Positions 36,369 through 48,090 of a DNA stretch of 64,000 nt are shown here, one piece after another. Numbering within the stretch: position 1 is the stretch's first letter; each line of letters starts with the position of its first letter. Source of the stretch: Phyllosticta citribraziliensis (Eukaryota); contig NW_027117344.1 of the NCBI RefSeq assembly GCF_038025025.1, positions 682,001-746,000 of the forward strand, given 5' to 3'. The notes below the pieces were generated by a model. That model did no database searches and was not told the origin of the DNA. It saw only the letters and a program-made list of their open reading frames with translations. The position numbers and the translations under genes are program-made.

Positions 36369-38238
36369 ATGGCGACGGCGAAAGCGTCCAGTCATTCCAG
36401 GAGTACGAGTGGTGATTTCTCCGACAGTTCGTTGGTCGAGACTGTGGTGCCCGCTGCTTCATCCATAAATCTTCAAAAGTCACTCGACTCCTGGGATGGG
36501 GTAATCAATGAGTCGAGCACATCCATCCTACCATTTCTTTCTCAACGGCAATTCCTCTTTTTTGGTATGATATAGTCAACATCGTCAGGCTGGCGCATAC
36601 TTCTTACTCATTGCTAGGAATGTAGATGAGCTCGTCTCCGTATACGTCGTGTTACGTACCCCTGCCATTGACGGAGAAACTCTGCGCTCCTATCTTGGAA
36701 GGCTTTCCATCAATGTCGAGGCGTTTGCAACATCGACTGCGCCGCTCTCCCATCAGCCAGGCGGCGGACATCCCCCGCCTCTCAAGGAACTTCTACATAC
36801 CGCAACAGTACAGGCCCCCGGCGAACCGGTTTTACTACAGTCCAAGAGCGTAGCCTATGAAAATGGCCATACTCAAGAGTACTGCTACGTTGCATGGAAA
36901 GCTGAAGTATTTCTGGGTGAGCAAAATCCAACCCTGATCATTTCAACCAGCTTATATCGGACGTTTAGGGCACCCAAGATCCAGGTTACCTCGTCCTGTT
37001 GTTTATTTTTCTGTTGGTGCATCCATGAAGCCAGCCCAGCAAATCAAGCTTGAGCTTCTCGAGGACGAGTATCTTCCGAGTCTGGCTCCACTCTCTGGGA
37101 ATCTGCTAGAAGCATTTTCTCGTGATCCTGCTCTTCAAGGCATCAAACCCCATTTGTCTGCCTCTCGCATCACGAGGGTGGCCCCTACAGCGACCGTTGA
37201 GCGGGAACTCCTCCGGCCGTTGCAAAATGCCGGGCGACGGATGTTTCGCGCTGTACCTGCTCTTACGTGGAGGATTCGGTACACGAAAAGCTACGCCCCA
37301 GTCAACGATGTCTCCATTTTCGCTGCATTCGATTTTGAAGTCAATGGTATGTCTGGCTACAGCCTTTCACTAAACCAGGTCGACCTTTCGCTGTCAGATG
37401 GGAGGGTCGAAGCGTGTGGGCATCGACTCGGCGCCAACGTCAGCAATACTTTCAAATATGGCGACCAAGTTGTGCTTCTCTACAAACTCATACCGAACGA
37501 AATCTCCAAGGACTTCACGGTACCCATGCACATCCATGCCTTGGATGTGCGGATAAGAGCAAAGATGCTCATTTCAGAAGACTGCCAGCCTGAAGTCGCC
37601 ATTGACTGGAGAACAAATGTGGACGTTGCTCACGTGCTCAAAACAAAACTCAAGGTTCCTGATCATTTACTCGGACGGTCTGCGCATCAGAGAAGCAGCG
37701 TAGGATCCCCTATGAGATCGCCGGGTCCAGTGTCTCCGACATACACCGAAGGAAGTCAAGACGGTGGCGCGCTTGGAGCTATTGGACTTGCCATTACTGT
37801 GTCAGGGCCGGAGCGTGTTTATGTGGCAGAGCCTTTCATCTGGGACATTTTCATTGTCAACCGGGCGGAAAAGGAGCGCCAGCTGGAATTCCAGGTCATT
37901 TTTAAGGATCGTCCTCGAGGCAAAGCTCCAGATCTGTTGCTGCGGACGTCCAGAGGCCTCAAAATTGGGTAAGCAAATCGCGACCATTTATTTGAAGCTG
38001 TCCGGGCTAATATTTACTCAGTACGATTGGTCCCCTCGCATGTAAAACCACCCAAATCGAGCTCGAGCCGTTCAAGGACGGCGTTCTGTCGCTCGACTCC
38101 CTTCGACTTGTGGATGCGCAGACACAGGAATACGCAGACATTCGCGACCTCCCAACCATTGTCTCGTTTGTCAAGCGGACCAGCGCTCAGGGGAATTCAA
38201 GGCTACAGGTAGAACAGCGGTCCTCCCTGGCCGTTTAG
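36369..38238 (+). CDS. TRS65: TRAPP II complex subunit Trs65
   Basis: QRQFLFFDE N-terminal motif, EDEYLPSLAP..NLLEAF, FIWDIFIVNR, C-terminal IGPLAC...LRLVD...IRDLPTI; exons ~36369-36564, 36626-36916, 36969-37968, 38022-38238. Confidence 0.82.
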
Positions 38239-39071
38239 CAGACCTGGTCAAGAATCGGCGTGGTCAGCAGGCTGATGATGGTTTCCCCAAAGAGCCAGAA
38301 CAGACAAGACGCTGTGTAGCCTGCGTAACTATGCACAATGAACGGACATTACATCGCAAGCTTGACTTCCTTCGTCCGACCTGTTCACGTGATTTTGCAA
38401 CATGGTTGATTTGTTCATATGAGGTAGACTGTCAGAGTAGTGCCTGTTGGTAAACGTGCCGAGTCGGTCTGGTCGGAGGGAGCAATAACATGATTGGCGC
38501 GCATCATGGTTTCGGGAGAGCTGCCCGAGGAGGCGCATTTGGGTTCTCGCAGCCTTTCAAAGAAAAGACGTGACCGGCGGTTGATCGGCTGGCACGGAGT
38601 CGGGAACGTCCCGTGACCAAAGTTGCAACTCTGAGCTTGTGTAGATCGAGGTGGACGAGCGCAAAGCGTCTAAAAAAAGGTAGGGAGGGAGATTGTGTCT
38701 GGACTTTCGGGCGAAGCGGATGGTCAGACTTGGCTGTGCGATGGATGCCGGTGGAGCAACTTGCGTGTCGACCTGAGCAGGGCAGCCGGCAGGACATTCT
38801 CGACCGCTAGGCGCAGAAGAGTTGCCTCCCGCCTGACGAAACACCACCTTCCAGCCTACTTCTCAACCCGACACTCTCTGCCTGCCGCCCAAATCGACCG
38901 CCGTCTTCCTCTCCTCAGCGACAGCTTGTCCTTCGCCATATCGACGCTGCTGGCGCGAGCGCTAAGCCCTGAGGACCCTGTGCCATCGCTTTCTGAGCAG
39001 CAGCCGTCACCCATTCGCCAGGAGCGACTACCGACGTCATTCGAAAGGCCTGTGATCCACAGCATACCATC

Positions 39072-40151
39072 ATGATTGAAGGACAACGCCGCCGCCTCTT
39101 GCGCGCCCTCAACAGCCGCTACATCTACGGCAGCATCGTGAGTCCACCTGTAGAATCTGACAGAATCCTTTGCTATCTTCTACTCGGCTGTAACACTGAC
39201 TCCCCCAGCCCCTCCTCCACTCCATTGTTTTCCTCCTCCAAATGGCTGCCGTCTCGATCCTCGTTCGCAAATTCAACTCCTACTATGCGAACCGACCGGG
39301 TGAGTCCACGCAATGGCTACTCTCGACTTGCATCTTGCTGACATCTTATGCGCAGTGCTTACCACCATGGTTACCAATGCCGTATGTGCCTCCCCTCGAG
39401 ACGTCGACGTCATAAGCTAGACAAAGGGTACAAAGGGATTTCGCTGACATTTCTAAAGATCCTCGGAGGCATTGCAGATACCGTGGCACAGTCTGTGACC
39501 GCTATTCGAGAGCGGGCAGTAAGAAAGCCTGGAGGCGTCGCAAAGGACGACTTCTTTGCGATTGAGATACACGAGCTGGACAAGAAGAACCCCTACCCCG
39601 ACGATGAACTCATCCCGAGCTCGAAGCGTCTGCCGCCTCCTTTCGACTTTGAAAGGTTGACTCGCTTCATGGCTTACGGTTTTCTAATGGCGCCCGTCCA
39701 ACACAAGTGGTTCGGCTTCTTGTCCAAGACCTTCCCCATCACCAAGACCTCTGCATTCGTTCCTGCACTCAAGCGCGTCGCTTTCGACCAGTTCCTTTTC
39801 GCCCCTGTCGGTAAGTCGGCTCCACATTCCCTCGACAAGGGTTGCGCTGATGATCATCTAGGTCTTGCCTGCTTCTTCACCTTCATGACCGTCGCCGAGG
39901 GCGGAGGAAAGCGCGCTGTGACTCGCAAGTTCCAGGATGTCTACATCCCCGCTCTGAAGGCAAACTACGTCGTCTGGCCGGCGGTCCAGATCCTCAACTT
40001 CCGCGTCTTGCCAATTCAGTTCCAGATTGTAAGTCGTTCACTCGTCCAGCTCAGGCGCATGCTGACGACTGATTTCCAGCCCTTCGTGTCCACCGTCGGC
40101 ATCCTGTGGACTGCATACCTCTCTCTTACCAACGCTTCGGACGAATCCTAA
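39072..40151 (+). CDS. Mpv17/PMP22 family membrane protein
   Basis: RPVLTTMVTNAILGGIADTVAQ, FDFERLTRFMAYG, KRVAFDQFLFAP, LKANYVVWPAVQILNF, FVSTVGILWTAYLS; six exons. Confidence 0.92.
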
Positions 40152-40978
40152 GCTAGACTCCACCTCTGGTCAATTTTCCTAAATCGTCTCCTGATACTCC
40201 GACGTCTCCTCCAAAATTTCTCACTTCCCGAGACTCTTTCTGGTTTGGGGGTTTACGTTCTTGCGCTTTTGCGGGTCTGGGTCTCGTTGCACAAAGACAA
40301 GGTGCATTACTTGGCGTCGCTGGCGTTCGTTGATGGTCCCTGTAATCCGCTGGCATGCGTGCTATTGTTGATTTAGCTGCTTCAATCAAACCGTACTCTC
40401 GCTACATGTTTCCAAATGAACTTTTGACTTGCCCTCGCCACACATTTGCGCATGGATCTTAGTGGGTTGTTGTGGTCATTCCTGCGGAAAACGGCCGTGA
40501 AGAGAGGTAAAGCACCCGGGGAAAAGTGAGGGTAGGGAGCATTCAAGCTCTCGGGTTCCAGGATCAGGGAGCTTTCTAGACATGGGGTAGGGGAGCAATC
40601 GACCACTTGGCTAGCCGGAGATGGTGGCTGTGTAGCCGAGGTGTTCCACGACTTGCAACGAGCCTGAAGCTACAGTAAGGTAAGGTATGGTAACGGAAGG
40701 TACCTGTACTGTGTGTATCCAGGATGCAGGCACTCAACGCGCTTGGGCGCGAAATTGACACCAACAGTGCGCGCCTTCCCCAAAGCGGTTAAAGTTCGGG
40801 TGTTGTGCATGCCAACGCGACTCTCGCTTGCCGTGAGGCAGGCTGATCATCAAAACAATGTCATCGCAGCGTGTACGCGTCTAATCAAGGGTCTTATCCA
40901 TCTTGACCCCGATCCATGCCCCTTCTCACATTCTAACCTCCTCTTCTGCAACTGATTCATTTGCGACGACCCTTCAAA

Positions 40979-42212
40979 ATGGTAGGGGTCTACCAACGCA
41001 CCACAAAAGTCCATCAGTGAAGCTAAGAGACCAAAACAGAGCTTCAAGTCCCTGCGCCGGCTAGCTGCCGACCACGCAGCCCTTCATTCCGAACTACCGC
41101 CCAACTACCTCTTTCCGGCAAACTACGACAGCGATGACCTGACGCATCTCGACATCCTCCTCGCCGGCCCCGAGGGCACACCGTACGCTGCCGGTGTGTT
41201 CAAGCTCCACCTCGAGATCCCAAAGACCTACCCATCCGCTCCGCCTACTGCACATTTCCGGACGAGAATATGGCATCCCAACGTAGAAGAGGCGACGGGC
41301 GCCGTTTGCGTAGACACTCTGAAGAGGGATTGGCAATCGACCTTGACTTTGAAAGACATCCTCGTTACGATATCTTGCCTGTTGATTCAACCGAACCCGG
41401 CGTCGGCATTGAACTCGGAAGCTGGCGCGTTACTGCAAGACGACTGGGAGGCTTTCTTCAAAAGGGCAAAGTTGATGGTGTCGATACACGCTCAAGTTCC
41501 AAGAGATCTCAGGCAAAGCGTAGACGAAGCCAAGGCAAGGGGTGAAGAAAAGCCACCGGAGAAGGAAAGAGAGCCGGAGAGGATGATGGAGAGACCAAAG
41601 GGCAAAAGCAGGATGAATGAAGGAATTTCTAGCATCACCAGAGCTAGTGCGCGGAAAGCAAGAACAAATGCCGCAGCAAAGTCTCAGGCTGAACAGGAGG
41701 AGAATCGAGAGGCACGGCGAGAGTCTGAAGATTGGATCCCGGCGCCCGCAGTCCCAACGTCGACACAAAGTCTATATGGAACGACCATGGGCCCTCCCTC
41801 GACCGATTCCCTTGGACTTGATTCTTCGGGGGCGCAGTTTCCGAACACGCCTTTGAACAATACCGGCCAGACTCCTGCGTCGGCACCGAGGGGTGCTCCA
41901 GCTCGCGCGTTGCGTCGGAGCCACCTGAAGCTGCAGTCCTCGTGCCAGACTCCTCAGCCGCAACGATCTCAGCAATCTTCAGCAAGTCCGCAGCACTCGA
42001 TCGCCAGCTCATCTTCGAACGGCTCTTTGAACACCCGTCTCAATACCCTATCATTTGGATGGTCACCCGACAAGGCCACGAAGAAGAAGCTGTCTCCAGA
42101 TGCGGAGAGGAGAGTCAGACACGAAAGTCGCAGATTCAAGGCTGCTGGTTACTGCTTGAAAAGATACAATCGCGGCGCGTTTGGTCCGCGGCAGGGTCTC
42201 AAACGCTTGTGA
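40979..42212 (+). CDS. Ubiquitin-conjugating enzyme E2 (UBE2S-like) with long C-terminal extension
   Basis: ATG-only exon 40979-40981, intron to 41039, then SFKSLRRLAADH...GPEGTPYAAGVF...IWHPNVEEATGAVCVDTLKRDW (catalytic Cys)...PNPASALN. Confidence 0.9.
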
Positions 42213-42585
42213 TTTTGGCTCTTCTTTGAGTCTCTGGCGTCTCTTTGGACAATCATTTCATCTGGACATGGAGTTAAACACGCATGGGGTGGCTTTGATG
42301 CATAGCGCTGGCGTTTGGGAGTTTTTGCCTCCTCACGGCACAATTTGCTTGGCCTTGAGAACAATGGAGAAGAGGCAGATATGGCATTCCTCGCTTCTTC
42401 CTTCTTCTCAAATTGAGCAGAGAAGTAGAAAGTGGACCTTTGAATGAACCGTAGCAAGTCAAGCTTTGCATCCGCGATTTGAATGACCCAAAGTGACATT
42501 CGGCCTAGACCCGGCCACTACTTTCCAACCAGATTTGACAACTCCCAACACCCGACAACTCGGACAACACCACCAACATCCAGAA

Positions 42586-43913
42586 ATGTTTAGCATTGGG
42601 AATGAGAACGGACCAGCGTCAAAATGCATCTTCACTCACAGCGTGCTGCCTGAGCACATTGACGATCGTCACCCACCAACAAAGAAAAAACCTTTCGCGA
42701 CCATAACCGAGCTGCCGTTTGCTCACACAGCAAGTCTACCACACCCATCAACGTACGGACTGCGCTGACTCTTTGCCCAGGTTGACCTGATACTACCTCA
42801 AGAGGTTCATCGGGCATTCAAGCAGCAGCTCGATGGAGATGTCGGGTCTTTTCATTACGCCCGTGTGTACATGACTCTTGGCGAAATTGTCGACGGCGAT
42901 TTCTTCAACGACTATGTCAAGACTGGTGCGACACTTTGCCTATGAAGTGAACACACAAGCTTATGGCGCTCTAGGCAATATCCTCATGATCGCCGAAGGA
43001 AGGCGTGGCATCGACAATACATTCTCCCTTCGCGAAGGTGCGTTTCCGGCAGGCAGAATAATCGTTGCCGATTTGTTTTTTCTTGGGTTTGCGTTCTAAG
43101 TTGCGTCCACAGGTGTCTTGAGGCTAGATCTCGATCGTCCGACATATGAGCGATGCGGTCTTGATGGCAAGCCTGTGCGCCATCCGGGCAGAAAGCATAC
43201 AAAAGAGCGATATGGTAAGCACACCCAAGAGATTCGACACCGGGCGAGCCGACGCTAATGAACGCAGCCGTCGAAATCGAGCTCCGCAAGCCCTCGATGC
43301 TTCACGGAAAGAAGGGCTTCGAGCGTGTCGTTTGGGCGTTCAAGAACGTGTTGAACCACTCGCTAGCCTGGCTTTTCCACGATCTGAACTCGCCGCGCGG
43401 AATCAGAGGTAGACGTCCCCACGCACGTCGCTGGCTTCTAGAAAGACATGTTTCTGACGGACAGCAGGCCCGATATCCAAACACCAGCCGCACTGCTTCA
43501 CAGCCAGTCCTGAGGCAATCGTCATGCCGCACACCAAGCTCCCAGCTCTGACCTCTATCGCAGACCTCTGCGACCCGGAGTACGGCGCCGAGGTGCTCGA
43601 GTGGTTCGGCATGGTCAGCCTATCCTCGCCGCGCATCGACGCGCGTGAAAATGTCGACTCGTTTCTGAGCCGCTACGAGGTACCTATGCCGTACAGAAGA
43701 GATGGCGACCCAGACAGCCCGGCCGTAGAGACGCTCGTGCGGCTGAGGTGGCGCGGCCTTGTCCCTGCTCCGTTCCTGCTGCGGCTGTGGCTAGCGACGC
43801 GCGAGGTGGTGGGAGAGCGCTGGATAGCGCTCAGCGTGGCAGGGTTTCGGCAGGACGCGTACACGATGCTAGGAGTTGGCGCCAGGGATGTTCTGGCTTG
43901 GGAGTGCAAATAG
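42586..43913 (+). CDS. RPP40: RNase P/MRP subunit Rpp40
   Basis: PFAHTVDLILP, LDLDRPTYERCGLDG, IELRKPSMLHGKKGFERVVWAFKNVLN, EWFGMVSLSSPRI...DSFLSRY, LRWRGLVP, WIALSVAGF; six exons, first intron GC-AG. Confidence 0.88.
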
Positions 43914-44043
43914 TGGAGGCGCGTGGGAAAGGGGATATATCTTGAATCGCGTTCTACCACGATTGAAGGTGATGAAGCTTTCCTGTTTCAGCTGGGGTGC
44001 CATTTCTTTCACCTGATGGTGATCGTCCTGACAAAGCCCCAAA

Positions 44044-45447
44044 TTACACCTCAGGATACACGTCCGTCCTCCTCAGCAGCGGCATCTCTCTCCGAATCCT
44101 CTTCAATACCTCCAAATCCACCTCTGCAGTCGCAAGCTCCGGCTCCGGCCGGTAACCCTGCTTCCCTTCCGTGGCATCGACGCCGCCCAGCTCAGCCAGC
44201 ACCTCTCCCCAAGGCGACACGATCATGCTGTGGCCATAGCTGCAGCGCTTCTCGTTGTGGAAGCCCGCCTGCGCGGCCGCCACGACGTACGCCTGCGTCT
44301 CGATGGCGCGGGCGCGCAACAGCGCCGACCAGTGAGCGCGGCCCGTCGGCACGGTGAAGGCGGAGGGATACGTGATGATTTGCGCATTTTGCCGCTTGAG
44401 CGCAAGGCTGATTTCAGGGAAGCGGAGCTATGTTGTTCAATGGGCTGTTGGTAAGCTACTGCGGAGCTGCGGGAATGGACGGGGAAGAGGTATTGAAAAT
44501 GATGTACGCACGTCAAAGCAGATGGTTGCTCCCACCCTGCCTACGGGTGTCTCGAACGGCGGCAGAATCTCTGTCCCCGGCTGCACACTCCTGGACGCTG
44601 CGTCAGCAACAAGAAGACTTGCCACGGTAGCATACTCACTCGCTCTCCTTCAATATCGGCCCGCCATCAATTTCGACATCAAACAAGTGCAGCTTCTGAT
44701 AGCGGTGGCCAACGACGCCGTCCTCGTCGATCCACACCGCCGTGTTCTTGAGTCTATTCTTCTGCTTCTCTCCCTGGCTGCCTTGCTCCTCGGCCGGCTC
44801 GTGGATTCCGACGTGGATGGGGAGTTTGTGGGTGCGGGCAGCTTCTTGCAATCCGAGGACGAACGGGGATGTCGTGATGGGCTTTGCCAGCGATATGGAT
44901 TCGGCGGGCGAAGAAGCGATGTAGTCTGACGCTTCGGGCAAGAAGAGCGCCTAGTGGAGTTGGGAATTGAACCAAAATTTTGGATGAAGGATGTTTTTGG
45001 GGTCGGAGAACATGCAGACGTGGGGAATGGTGTATTTACCTTAGCTCCCAGCGATGCTGCTTTGGCGACGAGGGTGCGGCATTGGTTGAGATTGTGCACC
45101 ATGCTCGTCATGGAGCATATTTGACCGACTGCCTGGAATTGTTGTCAGATATTCCTTACGTTGCAAATGAGTTCCATTCGAAGTCGAATCTTGCTCGACC
45201 TGGAACACGTGGGGCAAAGCGGCATCATTCAATTTGTAGCGTGAAAACTTCCGTCCCACTCTCCAGACTGCAGCGAAGGCTCCGGTCTTGGACCATAATC
45301 AACCCTCAGAACCTGGTGTGACTTTGACAGTGGCCTTTGGGAGACAATATCGATCGATCGAAATCAAAGACAAAGGGGGGGGAAGATAGACAAGACCCAG
45401 AAGAACATCTGAGGGGATACAGAACACGCACTCACCACCAGCACCAT
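44044..45447 (-). CDS. Carbon-nitrogen hydrolase, Nit1-type (deaminated glutathione amidase-like)
   Basis: MVLV|AVGQICS, LFLPEASDYI, YQKLHLFDV, ICFDLRFPE (catalytic E-K-C triad), TGRAHWSALLRARAIETQ, SYGHSMIVSPWG; 12-nt first exon 45447-45436. Confidence 0.92.
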
Positions 45448-45770
45448 CTTGACTTCAAATGGCGTGACTTGGGACTTTCGATGAATCAACAAAAGTCTAC
45501 AGGGCTCCAAGAATTGGACACCCGGTTCCGATGATCCCAGCTCTTTAAAAAGATGTTGTCGCGAGCAAAGGCGCGCAAGTCGTTGCGGAGAAAAGTGGGA
45601 TGTCGTCGTTAGTCAACACGCGGAAGCAGCACACGTCGTCTTCTTCCCCAGGATAGCACGCCACCTCCCCCTAGACAAGCCTTCAGCCCGACAAGCAAAA
45701 GGTGTCAAAGGAAGAAGCCGAGTTCCCTTGACGCCAGGAACTCTTTACCAGGGCAAAAGGAAATGCAGGA

Positions 45771-45852
45771 TGGTCACTACGAGGGTCGAACTCGCGACCT
45801 TGGCGTTAACTTTATATTAGCACCACGCTCTAACCAACTGAGCTAAGCGACC
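45771..45852 (-). tRNA. tRNA-Ile(AAT) with 8-nt intron (second copy)
   Basis: Reverse complement identical to 18958-19039 except one intron base (TAAAGTTA vs TCAAGTTA); AT-rich TATA-like sequence upstream at ~45886-45903. Confidence 0.96.
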
Positions 45853-46413
45853 TGCTATTGTGGAAAATAACATCGGCTAATGCAAATATATATTTATAAT
45901 AAATTTCACGTGACGTACTCAGGGTTTCCAATTCAGGAGATCAGCATCACCGACAATGGACTTTAAATGAATTGACTGCAAAAATGAGAAGCAGAAAGAT
46001 ATTCCAAGTAATTTTGGCAACCCTTCCATTGATTGAGGCACCATTGAGAGAGAAAAGTGTAAGTGTTTGTTATACGCGGACTGTTTGAAACATCCACACC
46101 TAAGTTTTGAAGCTCTCCTGTTTTATTCAGTCTTTGAAGCCTCGCAATGATGATTTCGAGTCTTCGGAGGTCGTTTATGGTGAATAAAGGAAGCTCTTAC
46201 GTTTCACTTCGTGGCCCTCGATGGCAGTCTAAGTCCAATTTGTGTTTTGTCTTCTTTCGCGTTGCTTTTCGCTCAGTCTTGCTCTTTTTGATATCACTGC
46301 CTCGACATTTTCCTCCAGGTCGTCTCCAATTTTGCCGGCATGTTTATTTTCCTGATTCTCGTGTACCTCTACTGATTACATCCCTCTTTCCCTTCCTCCG
46401 TCTGGCTGCCCCC

Positions 46414-48090
46414 TTACTTCCACTTCTTTTCCTCAGTCCCCTCCTCCATTTGCCCTTTCACTTCTACTTCTTTCCCTACATCCTGGTTCTCTCCCTCTTC
46501 CGCTTCCTTCTCCTCACTCTTTCCCTCATTCTTCTGCTCCGCTTGCCCTTCCACTTCCACTTCTTCACCTGCGTTCTCGTGCTCAACCTCCTTCGTTTTC
46601 TCTCCCTCTTGACTCTCCTCTTCCATCTTCTTCATCTTCCTAAAGACCTCCAATTCAGCGTTGTACAGCTTCAAGTCTTCGAGCTTCCTCTCAACCAAAA
46701 GCTCCATTTCACGACGCGTTTCTTCGCCAAGGAGCTTCTCTCTCTCAAGCTCAGATGCTCTAGTCCCATGAAAGCGTTCATCCAAGCAGTCCCAGTAGAT
46801 TTGATCAAAGTCATTCGAATTCCTCAATCCCTGGACAAACCAAAAAGTCCCATCATCCCAGGACTGCTCCATCAGTTCCGAAAGGCGAGGTCGAGGTGGT
46901 AGCTTGCAATCTGCAAATGCAGCATTCCCATCGTCGTCATTCGTGATTGCAGCTTCGTCTTCGAGCTCACGTAAGACTTTCAAAAAGAGCTCGAACTTGG
47001 GGCGATACGTATCCACAAAGTTTGTCTTCCCATGGTCCCAAATCCAGTCACCAGGCTTGCAGACCAGCAGCCACGGGGGGGGACTGCATGTGTACTGGTA
47101 AGGTGCTGCGTACGAAAATTCCCAGTCCAGCACCGCGATGATGTTGAAGTCGTTGTCGACGAGGACATTCCCCGGAGACAGGTCGTCGCAGAAGAGGGCC
47201 GCAGTAGGGAGGCTCGGAGGAGCAGTAAAATTTGGTAGAACCGACTCACGGAAGAGGTGGCGAGCAAGAAATTTCTCTCTGCAGTCCTCAGCGCATAGGT
47301 CCATATAATCTCGAGTATCGTCCTTTCTACTCATGAAGTCGGCCGCGTTGCGCTGTGCTCGAAGCTGGAGCATTCTTTCATCCACCAGGGCGGCAAAGTA
47401 CTTGTCGGCCATGTCGAAGGACCCCTGCACCAGAAGCTCTGGCGGCATGCCGCAGCAACGGACTGTTTCATTCATACAGTGCGTGACTGGCCGTCGATGC
47501 TCGACATTCCAAACAGCGCGTCCGTCGCTGAATGTTTTCTCCATCGACCCAATGCGATCGAACACACATCGCGAGAGCTCGAGTGTTATTTTTGCCATGG
47601 CGCGGTAAGCTTTCACCAGAACCTCCTCCGACAAACCTAAGTTCAATGCCGACGCGCGATCCGCAGGATTCTCTCTCAGCAGGTCAATCAGACGCGTGCC
47701 GCCCCGTATGAAAGTCGTAATCATATATGGACCGATACCGTGAGGACTTTGATCGGTGAGAGAATATGTTATGACCTCTGGAACAGGGAGTGACGTCCTA
47801 TCTCGGAGATACTCCATGACGGCGATCTCGTTGAGCATTTTTTCATCAGGGAACATGACCATGTCCATGTTGGGAAAGCGCGCCAGCCAGGGCTCTCCAC
47901 CCTCAACAAACTCCATCACGAGTCCAAAGTTGAACGAGCCGCCAACAAGCTTAGAGATGTTCGCAGGTTCGCTGCTGCCTCGTATTCGCCCAACTTCTTC
48001 GCGAACCCACTGTTGGTTTTTGATGAGGTTGTCGCCGAAACGGAGCCCATTCTTCTTGTATACGTCCTCGGTGACTACGTCGTTGTTCAT
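46414..48090 (-). CDS. APH/choline-kinase-like phosphotransferase family protein
   Basis: Single exon; GGSFN glycine loop, RFP...EKMLNEIAVMEYL...PVPEV, LFCDDLSPGNVLVD...AVLDWEFSYAAP; acidic C-terminal repeats; start at 48090 or slightly upstream (ORF open to 48135). Confidence 0.85.
   Translation of the reverse strand: MNNDVVTEDVYKKNGLRFGDNLIKNQQWVREEVGRIRGSSEPANISKLVGGSFNFGLVMEFVEGGEPWLARFPNMDMVMFPDEKMLNEIAVMEYLRDRTSLPVPEVITYSLTDQSPHGIGPYMITTFIRGGTRLIDLLRENPADRASALNLGLSEEVLVKAYRAMAKITLELSRCVFDRIGSMEKTFSDGRAVWNVEHRRPVTHCMNETVRCCGMPPELLVQGSFDMADKYFAALVDERMLQLRAQRNAADFMSRKDDTRDYMDLCAEDCREKFLARHLFRESVLPNFTAPPSLPTAALFCDDLSPGNVLVDNDFNIIAVLDWEFSYAAPYQYTCSPPPWLLVCKPGDWIWDHGKTNFVDTYRPKFELFLKVLRELEDEAAITNDDDGNAAFADCKLPPRPRLSELMEQSWDDGTFWFVQGLRNSNDFDQIYWDCLDERFHGTRASELEREKLLGEETRREMELLVERKLEDLKLYNAELEVFRKMKKMEEESQEGEKTKEVEHENAGEEVEVEGQAEQKNEGKSEEKEAEEGENQDVGKEVEVKGQMEEGTEEKKWK

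Noticed and set aside
45145..45228. Alternative nitrilase starts close to exon 2
   Set aside because: Would require an implausible 27-nt intron or an out-of-frame splice; the MVLV exon with a GTGAGT donor fits better
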